Source: Nitrospinaceae bacterium
GTDB lineage: Bacteria > Nitrospinota > Nitrospinia > Nitrospinales > Nitrospinaceae
Direction of reading: 5' to 3'
DNA length: 64,000 nucleotides
NCBI GenBank assembly: GCA_965237905.1
Contig: OZ250172.1
Location: 288,001-352,000, forward strand
Shown: piece after piece, positions 20,222 through 29,962 of the stretch
Layout of the letters: the number at the start of each line of letters is the position of its first letter
Numbering within the stretch: the stretch's first letter is position 1
Notes under the pieces: generated by a model
Seen by the model: the letters and a program-made list of their open reading frames with translations, nothing else
Database searches by the model: none
What the model was told of the DNA's origin: nothing
Translations under genes and position numbers: made by a program

Positions 20222-21050
20222 CCGGCAGTACGCACCGGAATCCGACATTTTCGAAATACTCATCGGGTTTGGCTTCGGTCCGGTAAAACGTGTAGCGGTA
20301 CGCCTCCAGAAAATAATGCCCGCCCTTCTGAAACCCGTTGCCGCGAAGCACCTTGAATTCTTTCCCGAATTTTTTAAACTGATAATCATTCCCCGGATAC
20401 GGCTGGTACCAGCTCGCAGTCCATTCCATGACATTCCCCGCCATGTCGTAGACGTTGTAGGGACTGACGTCTTTCGGATAACTGCCGCTTGACGCAAGCG
20501 CCTTGGCGCCATCGACCCCGCTATTGGCCCAGCCTTTTTGATACTCATCGCCCCACGGGAACAATCGGCCATCGGTGCCTCGGGCGGCCTTTTCCCATTG
20601 GGCTTCGGTTGGCAACCGTTTGCCGGCCCAAAGCGCGTAAGTCAACGCTTCCCGCCAGGTGACGTTGGTGACCGGGAGGTCCCCCTTCCCTTCGGGAAAT
20701 GTACCTTCCTCCCAATGGCCGGGAAGTTCTGGAAATTGCGTGGCATCGATAAATTTCTTATATTCGCGATTGGTCACCTCATACTGGTCGATGTAAAACG
20801 CATCGAGGTGGACCTTGTGCTCCGGATGTTGGTCTTTGTAGAGCGGCTTGACGGTGCCGATCTTAAGGTGGGTGTTTTCCGGGTCGGTGCGATTGGTCCC
20901 CATAATGAATTCCCCGGCGGGAACAAGCCTCATGGCCTTGCCATCTACTTCGGAAACCATTTTGGGCGGCAGAAAACCCGGTATCATTTCACAAGCGGAC
21001 AGAAAAATAACAGCGATAAAAAATACGCAAAGGAGACTCTTAGCAAACAT
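20205..21050 (-). CDS. FGE-sulfatase (SUMF1/EgtB/PvdO) fold lipoprotein
   Basis: Lipobox LSAC, AGEFIMG, YEVTN, RLPTEAQWEKAARG, DMAGNVMEW, VGFRC. Confidence 0.9.
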   Translation of the reverse strand: MFAKSLLCVFFIAVIFLSACEMIPGFLPPKMVSEVDGKAMRLVPAGEFIMGTNRTDPENTHLKIGTVKPLYKDQHPEHKVHLDAFYIDQYEVTNREYKKFIDATQFPELPGHWEEGTFPEGKGDLPVTNVTWREALTYALWAGKRLPTEAQWEKAARGTDGRLFPWGDEYQKGWANSGVDGAKALASSGSYPKDVSPYNVYDMAGNVMEWTASWYQPYPGNDYQFKKFGKEFKVLRGNGFQKGGHYFLEAYRYTFYRTEAKPDEYFENVGFRCVLPVTSLK

Positions 21051-21087
21051 TCAGACGAACCGAGGGATATGCTGTTGCATGACGGAT

Positions 21088-21417
21088 TTATTTCTCATCA
21101 TCGTCGTCGTCGTCATCGTCGTCATCATCATCATCATCATCATCATCATCGTCATCCTCTTCTTCCAGCGATTTCTGAAGCTCTTCCTCCTCGGCCGCGT
21201 CCATCAATTCCTTGATCTGTTCATAACCCGTGGCCATCCGCTGAATGTTGATGAGCAGGTTGACCAGCGCGGCGTCTTCCATTTCACGAATACCCGCCAC
21301 CAGGGAGCCCCGCTCATCCTCCCCGTATTTTTCATCAAACCCATCGAATATGCTGATGATCTTATCCTTGCAATGAAGCAGGTCGAAAAAAAAACTTCGG
21401 ATTTCAATCTTAGCCAT
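21088..21417 (-). CDS. Hypothetical protein with poly-Asp tail
   Basis: 109-aa ORF, AAGGA SD, 20 consecutive Asp codons (21097-21156). Confidence 0.75.
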   Translation of the reverse strand: MAKIEIRSFFFDLLHCKDKIISIFDGFDEKYGEDERGSLVAGIREMEDAALVNLLINIQRMATGYEQIKELMDAAEEEELQKSLEEEDDDDDDDDDDDDDDDDDDDDEK

Positions 21418-21712
21418 AATATTCCTTATCTCGTATTCGGCAAACGCCCACCGGAACTATCCGGATATGTTCAGTTGAAAATGAAAGCCACAAAATACCA
21501 CAAAAATAATAGATTATTGTAATCGTTATTTATGATGGATAATCCCTCACAATGCTTATACCTAATGAACCTGCTGGAAAATCCACCCAATCCCGCTGGG
21601 ATTAATTTTTGTTTCAAGGAAACTATTGAATTATAATAGCTAAGTCAAGATATAGATCACTTTTTGATTATCAAGACACATCTACTAACCATTAACTTTA
21701 TGGATTTGATGA

Positions 21713-22192
21713 ATGGCTGAAGGAGAACGTTTTGTCGACAACGGGGACGGCACCGTCACCGACACCAAATACAAACTGATGTGGCTGAAGGTCGACAGCT
21801 ATCAGAAAAGAGGTAAATGGTGCAGTTGGAAAGGAGCCCACAAGTTCGTCGCCCGGCTGAATGAAAAAAAATTCGCGGGGCATGAGGATTGGAGACTGCC
21901 CAAAAGCCAGGAGTGCCGCAACCTGTACGAACACGACAGTAAAAACTACGACTTTAACGGAGACATCGTTCACATCGACTACGCCTTTCCCGAGGGATGC
22001 GGATCCACCTACTGGTGCATCGAGGAAAGCGGCATCAACGCCTTGGCCTATAACTTTTACAGCGACCGCGGCTACCAGATACGTAAATCCACGAAAGAGG
22101 ACGCCAACATGTCGTGCCGGCCCGTCCGGACAGCGGGAAAAGCCACTGTTCAGGGACGGACCTCAGCCACCGGCCGCACGCGACGGGCATAG
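21713..22192 (+). CDS. DUF1566 (Lcl C-terminal-like) protein
   Basis: RFVDNGDGTVTDT..LMW ... FAGHEDWRLP. Confidence 0.88.
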   Translation: MAEGERFVDNGDGTVTDTKYKLMWLKVDSYQKRGKWCSWKGAHKFVARLNEKKFAGHEDWRLPKSQECRNLYEHDSKNYDFNGDIVHIDYAFPEGCGSTYWCIEESGINALAYNFYSDRGYQIRKSTKEDANMSCRPVRTAGKATVQGRTSATGRTRRA

Positions 22193-22203
22193 AGGAGAAA
22201 ATC

Positions 22204-23391
22204 ATTTCCAATTCCATAGACATACAATCAGCCAACCCACTGGGCTTGCACCGTGCAACCGTGGCGGAGATTCATCTATCGAACCTGCGGCATAATGTGC
22301 AGGCGTTGCGCTCTCTGCTCAAACCCGATGTCCAACTGATGGCCGTCGTCAAAGCCGATGCCTATGGCCACGGTGCACTGCCCTGTACTCGGGCCGTGCT
22401 CGATGCCGGTGCGGATACTTTGGGAGTGGGCATCGTTTCCGAAGGCATCGAACTGAGAGAACAGGGCATCCAGGCTCCTATCCATGTGCTGATCGGAATT
22501 TCCCCGGACGAGGTCGATGACCTGATTCAACACAACTTGACCACCACCTTGCACAGCCGGTCATTGGCAGAAACCCTGGCTCAACGCGCAGGCCTCTTGG
22601 GGAAAGAAATGGGAGTTCATATCAAAGTCGATACCGGGATGGGGCGACTCGGTATTGCTCCGGACCAGCTTCCCGGATTGGTCGAGTTCGTTGCGGGCTT
22701 AAAAAATATCCGAATTGAATCCATCTTTACGCATCTTTCTTCCGCCGACGACGCAGACCCCGGCTTCACGCAGAATCAGATTGAACGTTTTCAGTCCTCC
22801 CTCAACGCACTGAAAAAAGCGAAATTTGATGTCCCGCTGGCGCATTGCGCCAACAGCGCCGCTTTGCTCCAGTTCCCGGAAAGCCAGTTCGATCTGGTGC
22901 GGCCCGGAATCTCTCTGTACGGAGCGTTACCTGCCCCTGGATTGTCCACGGTGATAAAATCTTTGACCACGGAGAACAGAAAATTCTCCCTGCTCCCGGT
23001 CATGCAATGGAAAACGAGAATATTGACCATCAACTCACTTCCCAAGGACTCCCCTGTGAGCTACGGCCAGAAGTTCGTCACCCAGCGTGACAGCCGTATC
23101 GCCACACTCCCCGTCGGCTATGCTGATGGACTGGAACGGCTTTTGACGAACCGGATGAATATATTGGTGCGTGGGCACAAGGTGCCTCAAGTGGGAACCA
23201 TTTGCATGGATATGTGCATGATTGACGTGACCGATATTGCAGAGGCGCAGGAAGGTGACGAGGTGGTCCTGTTCGGTCAGCAAGGAAAGGAAACCATCAC
23301 CGCCGACGAGATGGCCTCCCAAGCCGGAACCATCCCCTACGAAATTTTGTGCGGCGTGGGCAAACGGGTTCCCCGTATTTATTTTCCATAA
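22204..23391 (+). CDS. alr: Alanine racemase
   Basis: AVVKADAYGHG, HIKVDTGMGRLG, VRPGISLYG, GYADG, ICMD, GTIPYE. Start uncertain (ATT 22204, TTG 22246 or GTG 22114). Confidence 0.95.
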   Translation: MSNSIDIQSANPLGLHRATVAEIHLSNLRHNVQALRSLLKPDVQLMAVVKADAYGHGALPCTRAVLDAGADTLGVGIVSEGIELREQGIQAPIHVLIGISPDEVDDLIQHNLTTTLHSRSLAETLAQRAGLLGKEMGVHIKVDTGMGRLGIAPDQLPGLVEFVAGLKNIRIESIFTHLSSADDADPGFTQNQIERFQSSLNALKKAKFDVPLAHCANSAALLQFPESQFDLVRPGISLYGALPAPGLSTVIKSLTTENRKFSLLPVMQWKTRILTINSLPKDSPVSYGQKFVTQRDSRIATLPVGYADGLERLLTNRMNILVRGHKVPQVGTICMDMCMIDVTDIAEAQEGDEVVLFGQQGKETITADEMASQAGTIPYEILCGVGKRVPRIYFP

Positions 23392-23397
23392 TATTAA

Positions 23398-24312
23398 CTA
23401 TTTACCGCCACGAATCTCATCTATTTTATTAATACCTTGAGCGGCGCACCAACGGCGGATTCCGTCGATAATTTTGACGGTGACGGCAGGATCAAAGAAG
23501 TTGGCGGTGCCCACCTGAACCGCCGATGCACCGGCCATCAAAAATTCCAGCGCGTCTTCCGCTGTCCGAATACCCCCCATCCCGATCACGGGAATGTTCA
23601 CCGTCCGGGCCACCTGATACACCATGTTCAAAGCAATCGGTTTGATCGCCGGACCGGATAACCCGCCACTGCCATTGGCCAGAAAGGGTTTTCGGGTATC
23701 GACGTCCAGAGCCATCCCGACATAGGTATTGACGAGCGACACCGCATCGGCCCCTGCCGCTTCCGCCGCTTGGGCGATTTCACAGATATCGGTCACATTG
23801 GGGGACAGTTTTACGATTAAAAATTTTTGAGTGGTAGGACGCACAGCCTTCACCACCTGCTCCACAATTTGCGGATTCGAGCTGAAAGCAAGGCCGCCTT
23901 CTTCCACATTGGGACAGGAAATATTCATTTCCAAAGCGTCAATACGCTCCAGTGAAGAAAGTAGCCCCGCCATATCCGCATACTCAGCGACGGTTTCTCC
24001 AAAGAAGTTGGCAATGACGCGGGTCTGATATTTCTCAAGAAGGGGAAGCTTTTCATCCCGGAATTGTTCGAGGCCGACATTTTCCAACCCGATGGCATTG
24101 AGCATCCCCGAAGCGGTTTCAAACACCCGGGGCACCGGGTTGCCCAGGCGAGGTTTCAGGGAGAGTCCTTTGGTGCACAACCCGCCCAACCGGTTGAGGT
24201 CAAGAAACGGGATGAATTCCAACCCATACCCGAAAGTTCCCGACGCGGCAATGACGGGGTTGCTTAGCTCAAAAGCGCCCAACTTGACAGATATATCAGG
24301 ATCAGAGGCCAT
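23398..24312 (-). CDS. pyrD: Dihydroorotate dehydrogenase, class 1B catalytic subunit
   Basis: ASGTFGYG, GMLNAIGLEN, NISCPNV, VKLSPNV, GGLSGPAIKP. Confidence 0.95.
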   Translation of the reverse strand: MASDPDISVKLGAFELSNPVIAASGTFGYGLEFIPFLDLNRLGGLCTKGLSLKPRLGNPVPRVFETASGMLNAIGLENVGLEQFRDEKLPLLEKYQTRVIANFFGETVAEYADMAGLLSSLERIDALEMNISCPNVEEGGLAFSSNPQIVEQVVKAVRPTTQKFLIVKLSPNVTDICEIAQAAEAAGADAVSLVNTYVGMALDVDTRKPFLANGSGGLSGPAIKPIALNMVYQVARTVNIPVIGMGGIRTAEDALEFLMAGASAVQVGTANFFDPAVTVKIIDGIRRWCAAQGINKIDEIRGGK

Positions 24313-24389
24313 CAGATGATTTGTTGAAATTTGTTAAAATTGGCAGGCGGATTTAAAAGCCTAACCTTTTAAAAAACAATGACTTTTGC

Positions 24390-24418
24390 TTGACACTAGA
24401 AATGATGCTGGATATAAT
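24390..24418 (+). promoter_or_regulatory. Consensus sigma70 promoter TTGACA-N17-TATAAT
   Basis: TTGACA 24390-24395, 17-nt spacer, TATAAT 24413-24418. Confidence 0.85.
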
Positions 24419-24597
24419 ATTCACAGTTTCAGCGGGATAGAGGTTCTGGCTACCCCTGACAACATGCCCTATTCAAATTAACAGATTTTCTCCCGCTGCG
24501 CATTTTTAAATCAGCCAGAATCCGACTCTCCCGATCATAAATCCGGACCACAAAAGTAATTCCTTCTTTCCAATAACCTTTCACTCCCAAAAAAACC

Positions 24598-25680
24598 ATG
24601 GCTGCCAAATTATTTAATGAGCTTGAACAGAGTGAACAACCTCAGCATAGAAGAACCATTAAAAAAATCGATGATTTGATTCTGGATGCGGAGATTGAGG
24701 CTCAGGCCGAGATCAACCAAAAAATGCGTTCCAATAATACCAGAAGGCTTTTGGTAGTTCTGGTTGTAGTAGGATTGTTCTATGTTTTCTATCCGGGAGC
24801 GCAAAACCAGACCATTTCCGTGCCTTCCTTTCTAATGGATGAAGCTCAGGTCGCCGAAGCACCGTCCGCACCGGGGCCTACGCCCAAACCCATTCCTTTT
24901 TCGGTAACCGAGTCCACTCCGGCTAAGGAAGCGTCAGTCTCGGCCCTAAACGAACCGCAAGGGGAAGACCTGAGTCCTTTGGAAAATGAAGTGATTTCCA
25001 TGATTCAAAAAAACCTTGGGGAATCTGGGGGAACGTCTTCAGTCTCGGAACTGGAGCCTGCAAAACCTTCCCAGAATACTTCTCCCATGGTAAAGAGCAC
25101 TTCTCCCTTCACGCCTCTTGCTAAACCTACGAACCCGGCACTCGACCCAGTATCGAAATCCGGAGGAGAGATAGCGCCCTCCCCGTCCAAATCTGCCGCG
25201 CCCCGGCTTACAGAGGCGCAAAGTGAGTTTTTCATACAGGTGGGAGCCTTCTCCGTAAAGGCAAACGCGGATCGCGTGATCAAAAAATTAATGTCCGGTG
25301 GATTTTCCCCACTCGTGCAAACCCGGACAACCCGGTCTTCCATGCATGTCGTTTTCATCGGAGGTTTCGCCGATAAAAAAAGTCCACAAAATATGATTTC
25401 AGAATTGAAGAACAAGGGATTGACCCCCCTATTGAAAAAAAATGATAACGGGAGTTATTCCATTGTTCTGGGCAAAGAAAAATCAAAGGAAAGAGCTGAA
25501 GCGCTCAAACAAAAATTAGCCAAACAAGGTATTTTCACCAGCCTGAAACCGATGAACGTTGACATGCGAATGTTTGTCGTCCGTGTCGGAGGGTTTGAAA
25601 ACAATACGAACGCCCTCAAAGGCCAGGAAAAACTGGAGCATCTGGGCTATAAAGGGACCCTGATTCGCAAGAAATCCTGA
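24598..25680 (+). CDS. SPOR domain protein (TM, P/S-rich linker, SPOR repeats)
   Basis: FFIQVGAFSVKANA, VVRVGGF. N-terminal TM. Confidence 0.85.
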   Translation: MAAKLFNELEQSEQPQHRRTIKKIDDLILDAEIEAQAEINQKMRSNNTRRLLVVLVVVGLFYVFYPGAQNQTISVPSFLMDEAQVAEAPSAPGPTPKPIPFSVTESTPAKEASVSALNEPQGEDLSPLENEVISMIQKNLGESGGTSSVSELEPAKPSQNTSPMVKSTSPFTPLAKPTNPALDPVSKSGGEIAPSPSKSAAPRLTEAQSEFFIQVGAFSVKANADRVIKKLMSGGFSPLVQTRTTRSSMHVVFIGGFADKKSPQNMISELKNKGLTPLLKKNDNGSYSIVLGKEKSKERAEALKQKLAKQGIFTSLKPMNVDMRMFVVRVGGFENNTNALKGQEKLEHLGYKGTLIRKKS

Positions 25681-25698
25681 TATTTTTGAGTTTCTTTT

Positions 25699-25729
25699 GC
25701 CCTCATCCCCGCAGGATGAGGGCTTTTTT
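25699..25729 (+). terminator. Intrinsic terminator
   Basis: GCCCTCATCC-ccgca-GGATGAGGGC-TTTTTT. Confidence 0.85.
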
Positions 25730-25902
25730 ATGTCCTCTCCCGGAAAAATGTCTAAAAACCCGTATTTTTGTCTGTAATATATGTCATCCTCAAGCGACTA
25801 ATATGAGATTTGAAAGGTTTCCGGCAAACCTCACCCAGTTACGGGAAGAAAAACTATTTCGTATCCATTAATCTGGTTCCACACCATACTCAGGAGTAGT
25901 TC

Positions 25903-26199
25903 ATGAAGAAAACAGTCATCCTATTGTCAGCTTTGATGTTCTCTATCGCACTTATGATACCCAGCCTGATGTGGGCTGATGACATGAAACATATGGAAGA
26001 GGGTTCAGGTAAGAAAATGGATAAATCCTCCGCAGAGTATAAAGAGAAGCATTCCAAAGAGTACAAAGATGGCAAAGGTCATATGAAGGAAGGCAGCGCG
26101 GGTAAAGAAGAGTATGATAAAAGTGCCGACCATAAAAAAATGGAAGAAGGAAGCAAGGACGGCAAAAAAATGGCCGCTCCAAAAAAAGAGGGCAGTTAA
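25903..26199 (+). CDS. Small secreted Lys/Glu/Met/His-rich protein with MxEGS repeats
   Basis: Signal peptide (..LMWA|DD), SD AGGAG, own terminator. Confidence 0.8.
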   Translation: MKKTVILLSALMFSIALMIPSLMWADDMKHMEEGSGKKMDKSSAEYKEKHSKEYKDGKGHMKEGSAGKEEYDKSADHKKMEEGSKDGKKMAAPKKEGS

Positions 26200-26224
26200 T
26201 TTCTGCAAAAAGCGCGTCACTTAG

Positions 26225-26264
26225 AAAGCCAGGGAGTCCATCAGGATTCCCTGGCTTTTCTTTT
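26225..26264 (+). terminator. Intrinsic terminator
   Basis: AAAGCCAGGGAGTCC-atca-GGATTCCCTGGCTTT plus T tract. Confidence 0.85.
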
Positions 26265-26452
26265 GCTTTTTAATGAAATTTCGCACCAATTCTTGTATGA
26301 TCCTCTAGGTTTGGTTAACAGGAATTCCCAGTCTGGTTAATCCGTTTTACTCCAACTTTTGCCATCCTTTGGACCGCAACCTTTCAGTCACAATCCAGAA
26401 ATATTAAGCTCCATTCGCCAACCGGTTCAAAAGTGATCACAAGACGATTTCT

Positions 26453-27394
26453 ATGACTACTGACCTTATTTATGTGCTGGCAGGCCTCGCCTTGTTATAT
26501 TTTGGCGGTGAATCCCTGATTACCGGAAGCCTGCGGATCGCCCATCGTTTTAAAATCAGCCCCTTCGTGATCGGCGCCACGGTACTGGGATTCGGCACCT
26601 CCTCTCCTGAACTGGCAGTCAGCCTACTGGCCTCCTTCCGGGAAGAAGCCGAAGTAGCGGTTGGAAATGTCATTGGCAGTAACATTGCCAACGTGGGGCT
26701 GGTTCTCGGATTGACGGCCCTGATTGTCCCTCTCACCATTGATCAAAGACGGTTTAAATCCGAAGCTCCTCCCCTTTTAATTGCCAGCTTTCTCATTTTA
26801 TTTTTGGCCTGGAACTTTTCCTTGTCCCGCTGGGAAGGATTGTTACTGCTGACGGGACTGGTGATTTATATCTGGAAAATACTTAAAAGTGATGAGACCG
26901 CGGATTTTGAGTTGGATGAAGAGGTTTCTCTCTTCGCCGGCAAAGGGATGGGTTATCAAATCGGATTGACTCTCGCGGGATTGGCGCTTTTGGTCCTGGG
27001 AGCGGAATGGATGGTGCATGGCGCTGTCAACATTGCCCGGCAAGTAGGAATCAGTGAGTGGTTTATCGGAATTTCCATCGTCGCGTTGGGAACCAGCTTA
27101 CCGGAAATCGTCTCTTCACTCTTGTCCGCTCGGCGGGGCCATGGGGAAATGGCTTTGGGAAATATATTTGGAAGCAATATCTTTAATATTTTTATGGTTC
27201 TGGGGGCCAGCGCTTCCCTTCATCCTCTGAATATCCAGGAAGCCATCCATCCCGACCTGCTGATCACCACCGGCGTGACCTGCCTGTTGCTCCTTCTCAT
27301 CAGTCGGAAACATCGATTGAGCAAGCCCGACGGCATAATCCTGCTGTTGTGCTATTTCAGCTATATCGGACTGAAGGGGATGGGGACAATCTGA
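26453..27394 (+). CDS. Calcium/sodium antiporter (YrbG/CaCA family)
   Basis: GTSSPE..GNVIGSNIAN and GTSLPE..GNIFGSNIFN alpha repeats. Confidence 0.92.
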   Translation: MTTDLIYVLAGLALLYFGGESLITGSLRIAHRFKISPFVIGATVLGFGTSSPELAVSLLASFREEAEVAVGNVIGSNIANVGLVLGLTALIVPLTIDQRRFKSEAPPLLIASFLILFLAWNFSLSRWEGLLLLTGLVIYIWKILKSDETADFELDEEVSLFAGKGMGYQIGLTLAGLALLVLGAEWMVHGAVNIARQVGISEWFIGISIVALGTSLPEIVSSLLSARRGHGEMALGNIFGSNIFNIFMVLGASASLHPLNIQEAIHPDLLITTGVTCLLLLLISRKHRLSKPDGIILLLCYFSYIGLKGMGTI

Positions 27395-27397
27395 GGG

Positions 27398-29644
27398 CTA
27401 CAGTTCCTCGGCAAAGGACGGTGATCCAGAAGTTTCCGGACTTTCTTCTTCCGATTCCGTTCCAAAGGTATCAAAGGGGGTGATGACGACTCCTGAAGCG
27501 GGTTCTCCATCCGCCGGTTCAGTAGTTTCAGCGGGGGCGGCCGCTTCAGCTTCGGTTTTCACTGCCTGCGGCGGCGTTCTTTTAATATGTTTGAAACGCC
27601 ATAACTGCTGTTTGTATAAACGATTGTCCGCATCAATTTCCAAGGCCTTTTTGATGGTTGCTATGGCTTTATCCTTTTTCCCACGAACATAGTAAACTTC
27701 CGCCAGCGTATCGAGATATCTGTGGTTTTGCGGATCGGACTTGACCGCTTTTTGGGATAATCTTTGCGCTTTCGCCAGATTGGTTTTCTTCTTGGCATAC
27801 AACCAGGCCAGCCGGTTCATTACCGGATGCGAATTCGGGAGAATTTTTATAGCCTTTTTGCAATGGTTGATGCTGACTCTGTAAAATCCCTTCTTTTTAT
27901 AAGCCTCGCATAGCTCCTGAGAAACCAAACCATTGTTCGGTTCCATTTTCTCGGCTTGCAATAAAACTTCCACGGCACGGTTGGGATTTTTATTTTGCGT
28001 TTGAGCGGTACCCAGCGCCAACATGTACGTCAGGTTTTCGGGTTCGGCCTTCAACGCTTTTTCAAAAGATTGAGCGGCGGAAGCCACTTGCTCCGCCGTC
28101 ATGGAAATCTGGCCCAATTCATAATGAGCGCCGCCCAGCTTGGGATCTAATCCCACGGCGGTCTCGAGAGCCGTCTTCGCCTCATCCAGCTTTTGGTCCT
28201 GGCTCAAGAGTTTTCCGAACAGATAAAACCCCTCACCATTCTGATTGTTGATTTGAACCGCTTTGCGTAAAGCCAGTTCGGCTTTTTCTTTGTCCTGGCT
28301 GGCGAGATAAATTTCCCCCAACTGAGTTTGAATCATGTCGTTTTGAGGATCCAGTTTTTCCGCCGCCTGGTAGGAATCCAAAGATCTTGGAATATCTCCC
28401 TTTTCAAAATACCATTGCGCCACTTTCAGCCGGGCTTTCAGGTTTTCGGGAAACAATTCGACGACTCTTTCAAACTCTCCAACGGCTTCCTCTTCCTGAT
28501 TATTTTTAATAAACAATTCCGCCAGGACCAAATGAAGTTCGGGCTCATCCTTTTGGGCTCGGACCGCTTGTTTCATTTCCTGAATCGCTTCGGGAATTCT
28601 ATTTTCTTCGATGAACAATTCCGCCAGCTTGCGGTGAGGCTTGTAAAAATCAGGATCCACTCGGGAAGCCATTTTAATGGCGGCGATGCCGTCATCCCGC
28701 GCCCCTTCACTCAATTTCAGGACTCCCAGCTCATAAAAAGCCTGAGGATTTTGTGGGTCCTGGTCGATGACCGACTGGTAGATATCGGTGGCTTCCTTGA
28801 ACTGGCCTTTGCCGAAATACACTTTGGCGAGCTTGATGCGATAAATACTTTCCTGAGGCTCGAGGTCGAGGGAGCGCTGGAATTGAGTCAACGCCTGATT
28901 CCATTCCTTCTTTTGCAGATAGACTTCACCCAGCCCGGCATACACATGGGGATTATTGCGAGAAACCTTCAAAGCTTTCAAAAACTCCCCTTCGGCATCT
29001 GAGAACTTCTTCTGTTCCAGGTAAGCGGTTCCTTTATTCAGCAGATCACCAACGCTATTGGGTGCCGGCCCGGTAAACTGCATGGCCACCACACCAATAA
29101 TCGCCAAGCCTGCCAGACCCCCTAACGCCCTTTTTCCGGTTTTGGGAATTCTCGAGAAAAACTTAATGACTGATTGTTTCGATTTGCTCGGTTCGCTTGT
29201 TGGAATTTCAAAACTGTCCGGGATCATTTGCGCTGCGACGGCCGTCAAGTCTTCGCTGATGTCCTTGATTTCTTTCGGAGGCTCAACCGGCTCTTTTTTC
29301 TTGGGTTTGAAAGGAGTTTTCGATTCTGGTTTGGCCTTGGTCATTTTACAGCGGCCTTCAAAATTCGAGCCTTCATCAACGATGAACTGATAGGTCGAAA
29401 CATTTCCTACAAGTTCACTTTCTTCTTTCAGGTTGACTCTATTTTCAGCCTTCACATCACCTTTGATCGTCCCCATATTGGTGAGGTCAAAGGTCTTAAT
29501 CTCGCCCTCGACGAAGCCCCCCTTACCAATAACCAGATGGTCCGTAGAAAAAAGCTCGCCCTCGAATTTTCCTTCGATGTGGAGAACACCTTTACTGTGC
29601 AAAATTCCCTTAAGCTTCACTCCATCTTGAAAATATGAGTCCAT
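27398..29644 (-). CDS. Bactofilin domain-TM-multi-TPR fusion protein
   Basis: N-terminal bactofilin-type LHIEGKFEG..VEGEI..GTIKGDV..VDEGSNFEG, a TM at ~aa 173-190, then more than 10 TPRs and an acidic tail. Confidence 0.85.
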   Translation of the reverse strand: MDSYFQDGVKLKGILHSKGVLHIEGKFEGELFSTDHLVIGKGGFVEGEIKTFDLTNMGTIKGDVKAENRVNLKEESELVGNVSTYQFIVDEGSNFEGRCKMTKAKPESKTPFKPKKKEPVEPPKEIKDISEDLTAVAAQMIPDSFEIPTSEPSKSKQSVIKFFSRIPKTGKRALGGLAGLAIIGVVAMQFTGPAPNSVGDLLNKGTAYLEQKKFSDAEGEFLKALKVSRNNPHVYAGLGEVYLQKKEWNQALTQFQRSLDLEPQESIYRIKLAKVYFGKGQFKEATDIYQSVIDQDPQNPQAFYELGVLKLSEGARDDGIAAIKMASRVDPDFYKPHRKLAELFIEENRIPEAIQEMKQAVRAQKDEPELHLVLAELFIKNNQEEEAVGEFERVVELFPENLKARLKVAQWYFEKGDIPRSLDSYQAAEKLDPQNDMIQTQLGEIYLASQDKEKAELALRKAVQINNQNGEGFYLFGKLLSQDQKLDEAKTALETAVGLDPKLGGAHYELGQISMTAEQVASAAQSFEKALKAEPENLTYMLALGTAQTQNKNPNRAVEVLLQAEKMEPNNGLVSQELCEAYKKKGFYRVSINHCKKAIKILPNSHPVMNRLAWLYAKKKTNLAKAQRLSQKAVKSDPQNHRYLDTLAEVYYVRGKKDKAIATIKKALEIDADNRLYKQQLWRFKHIKRTPPQAVKTEAEAAAPAETTEPADGEPASGVVITPFDTFGTESEEESPETSGSPSFAEEL

Positions 29645-29962
29645 AGTTTTTCCCGGGGGTTGTTTAATCGAAAAGGGTGAACGGTTGGTTTACCCCAGAC
29701 TAAGTCCTTTAATTTTTAAACTCAATAAAATTAATGAGTTATGCCCCATCCCGGCAGAATCCCCAAAATGATTGAAAGTAGGTGCGAAAGCGAGTCCGAA
29801 GGCATTTTTCTTCCCATATATCCGGATAAATCCGATTCCTGAATGGCATTTCAACGGATCTGGACCGACCTCATTGAATAAAAACCGAATTCCTGCTATT
29901 TTACCTGCCTTGTTCACAATATTCCTTTCCCTAACCCGCAATTTAAAGATCCGGAGATTTAA

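Noticed and set aside
20538..21522. ORFs with poly-His or poly-Ile/Val runs
   Set aside because: Alternative-frame readings of the GAT/GAC poly-Asp tract on the opposite strand.
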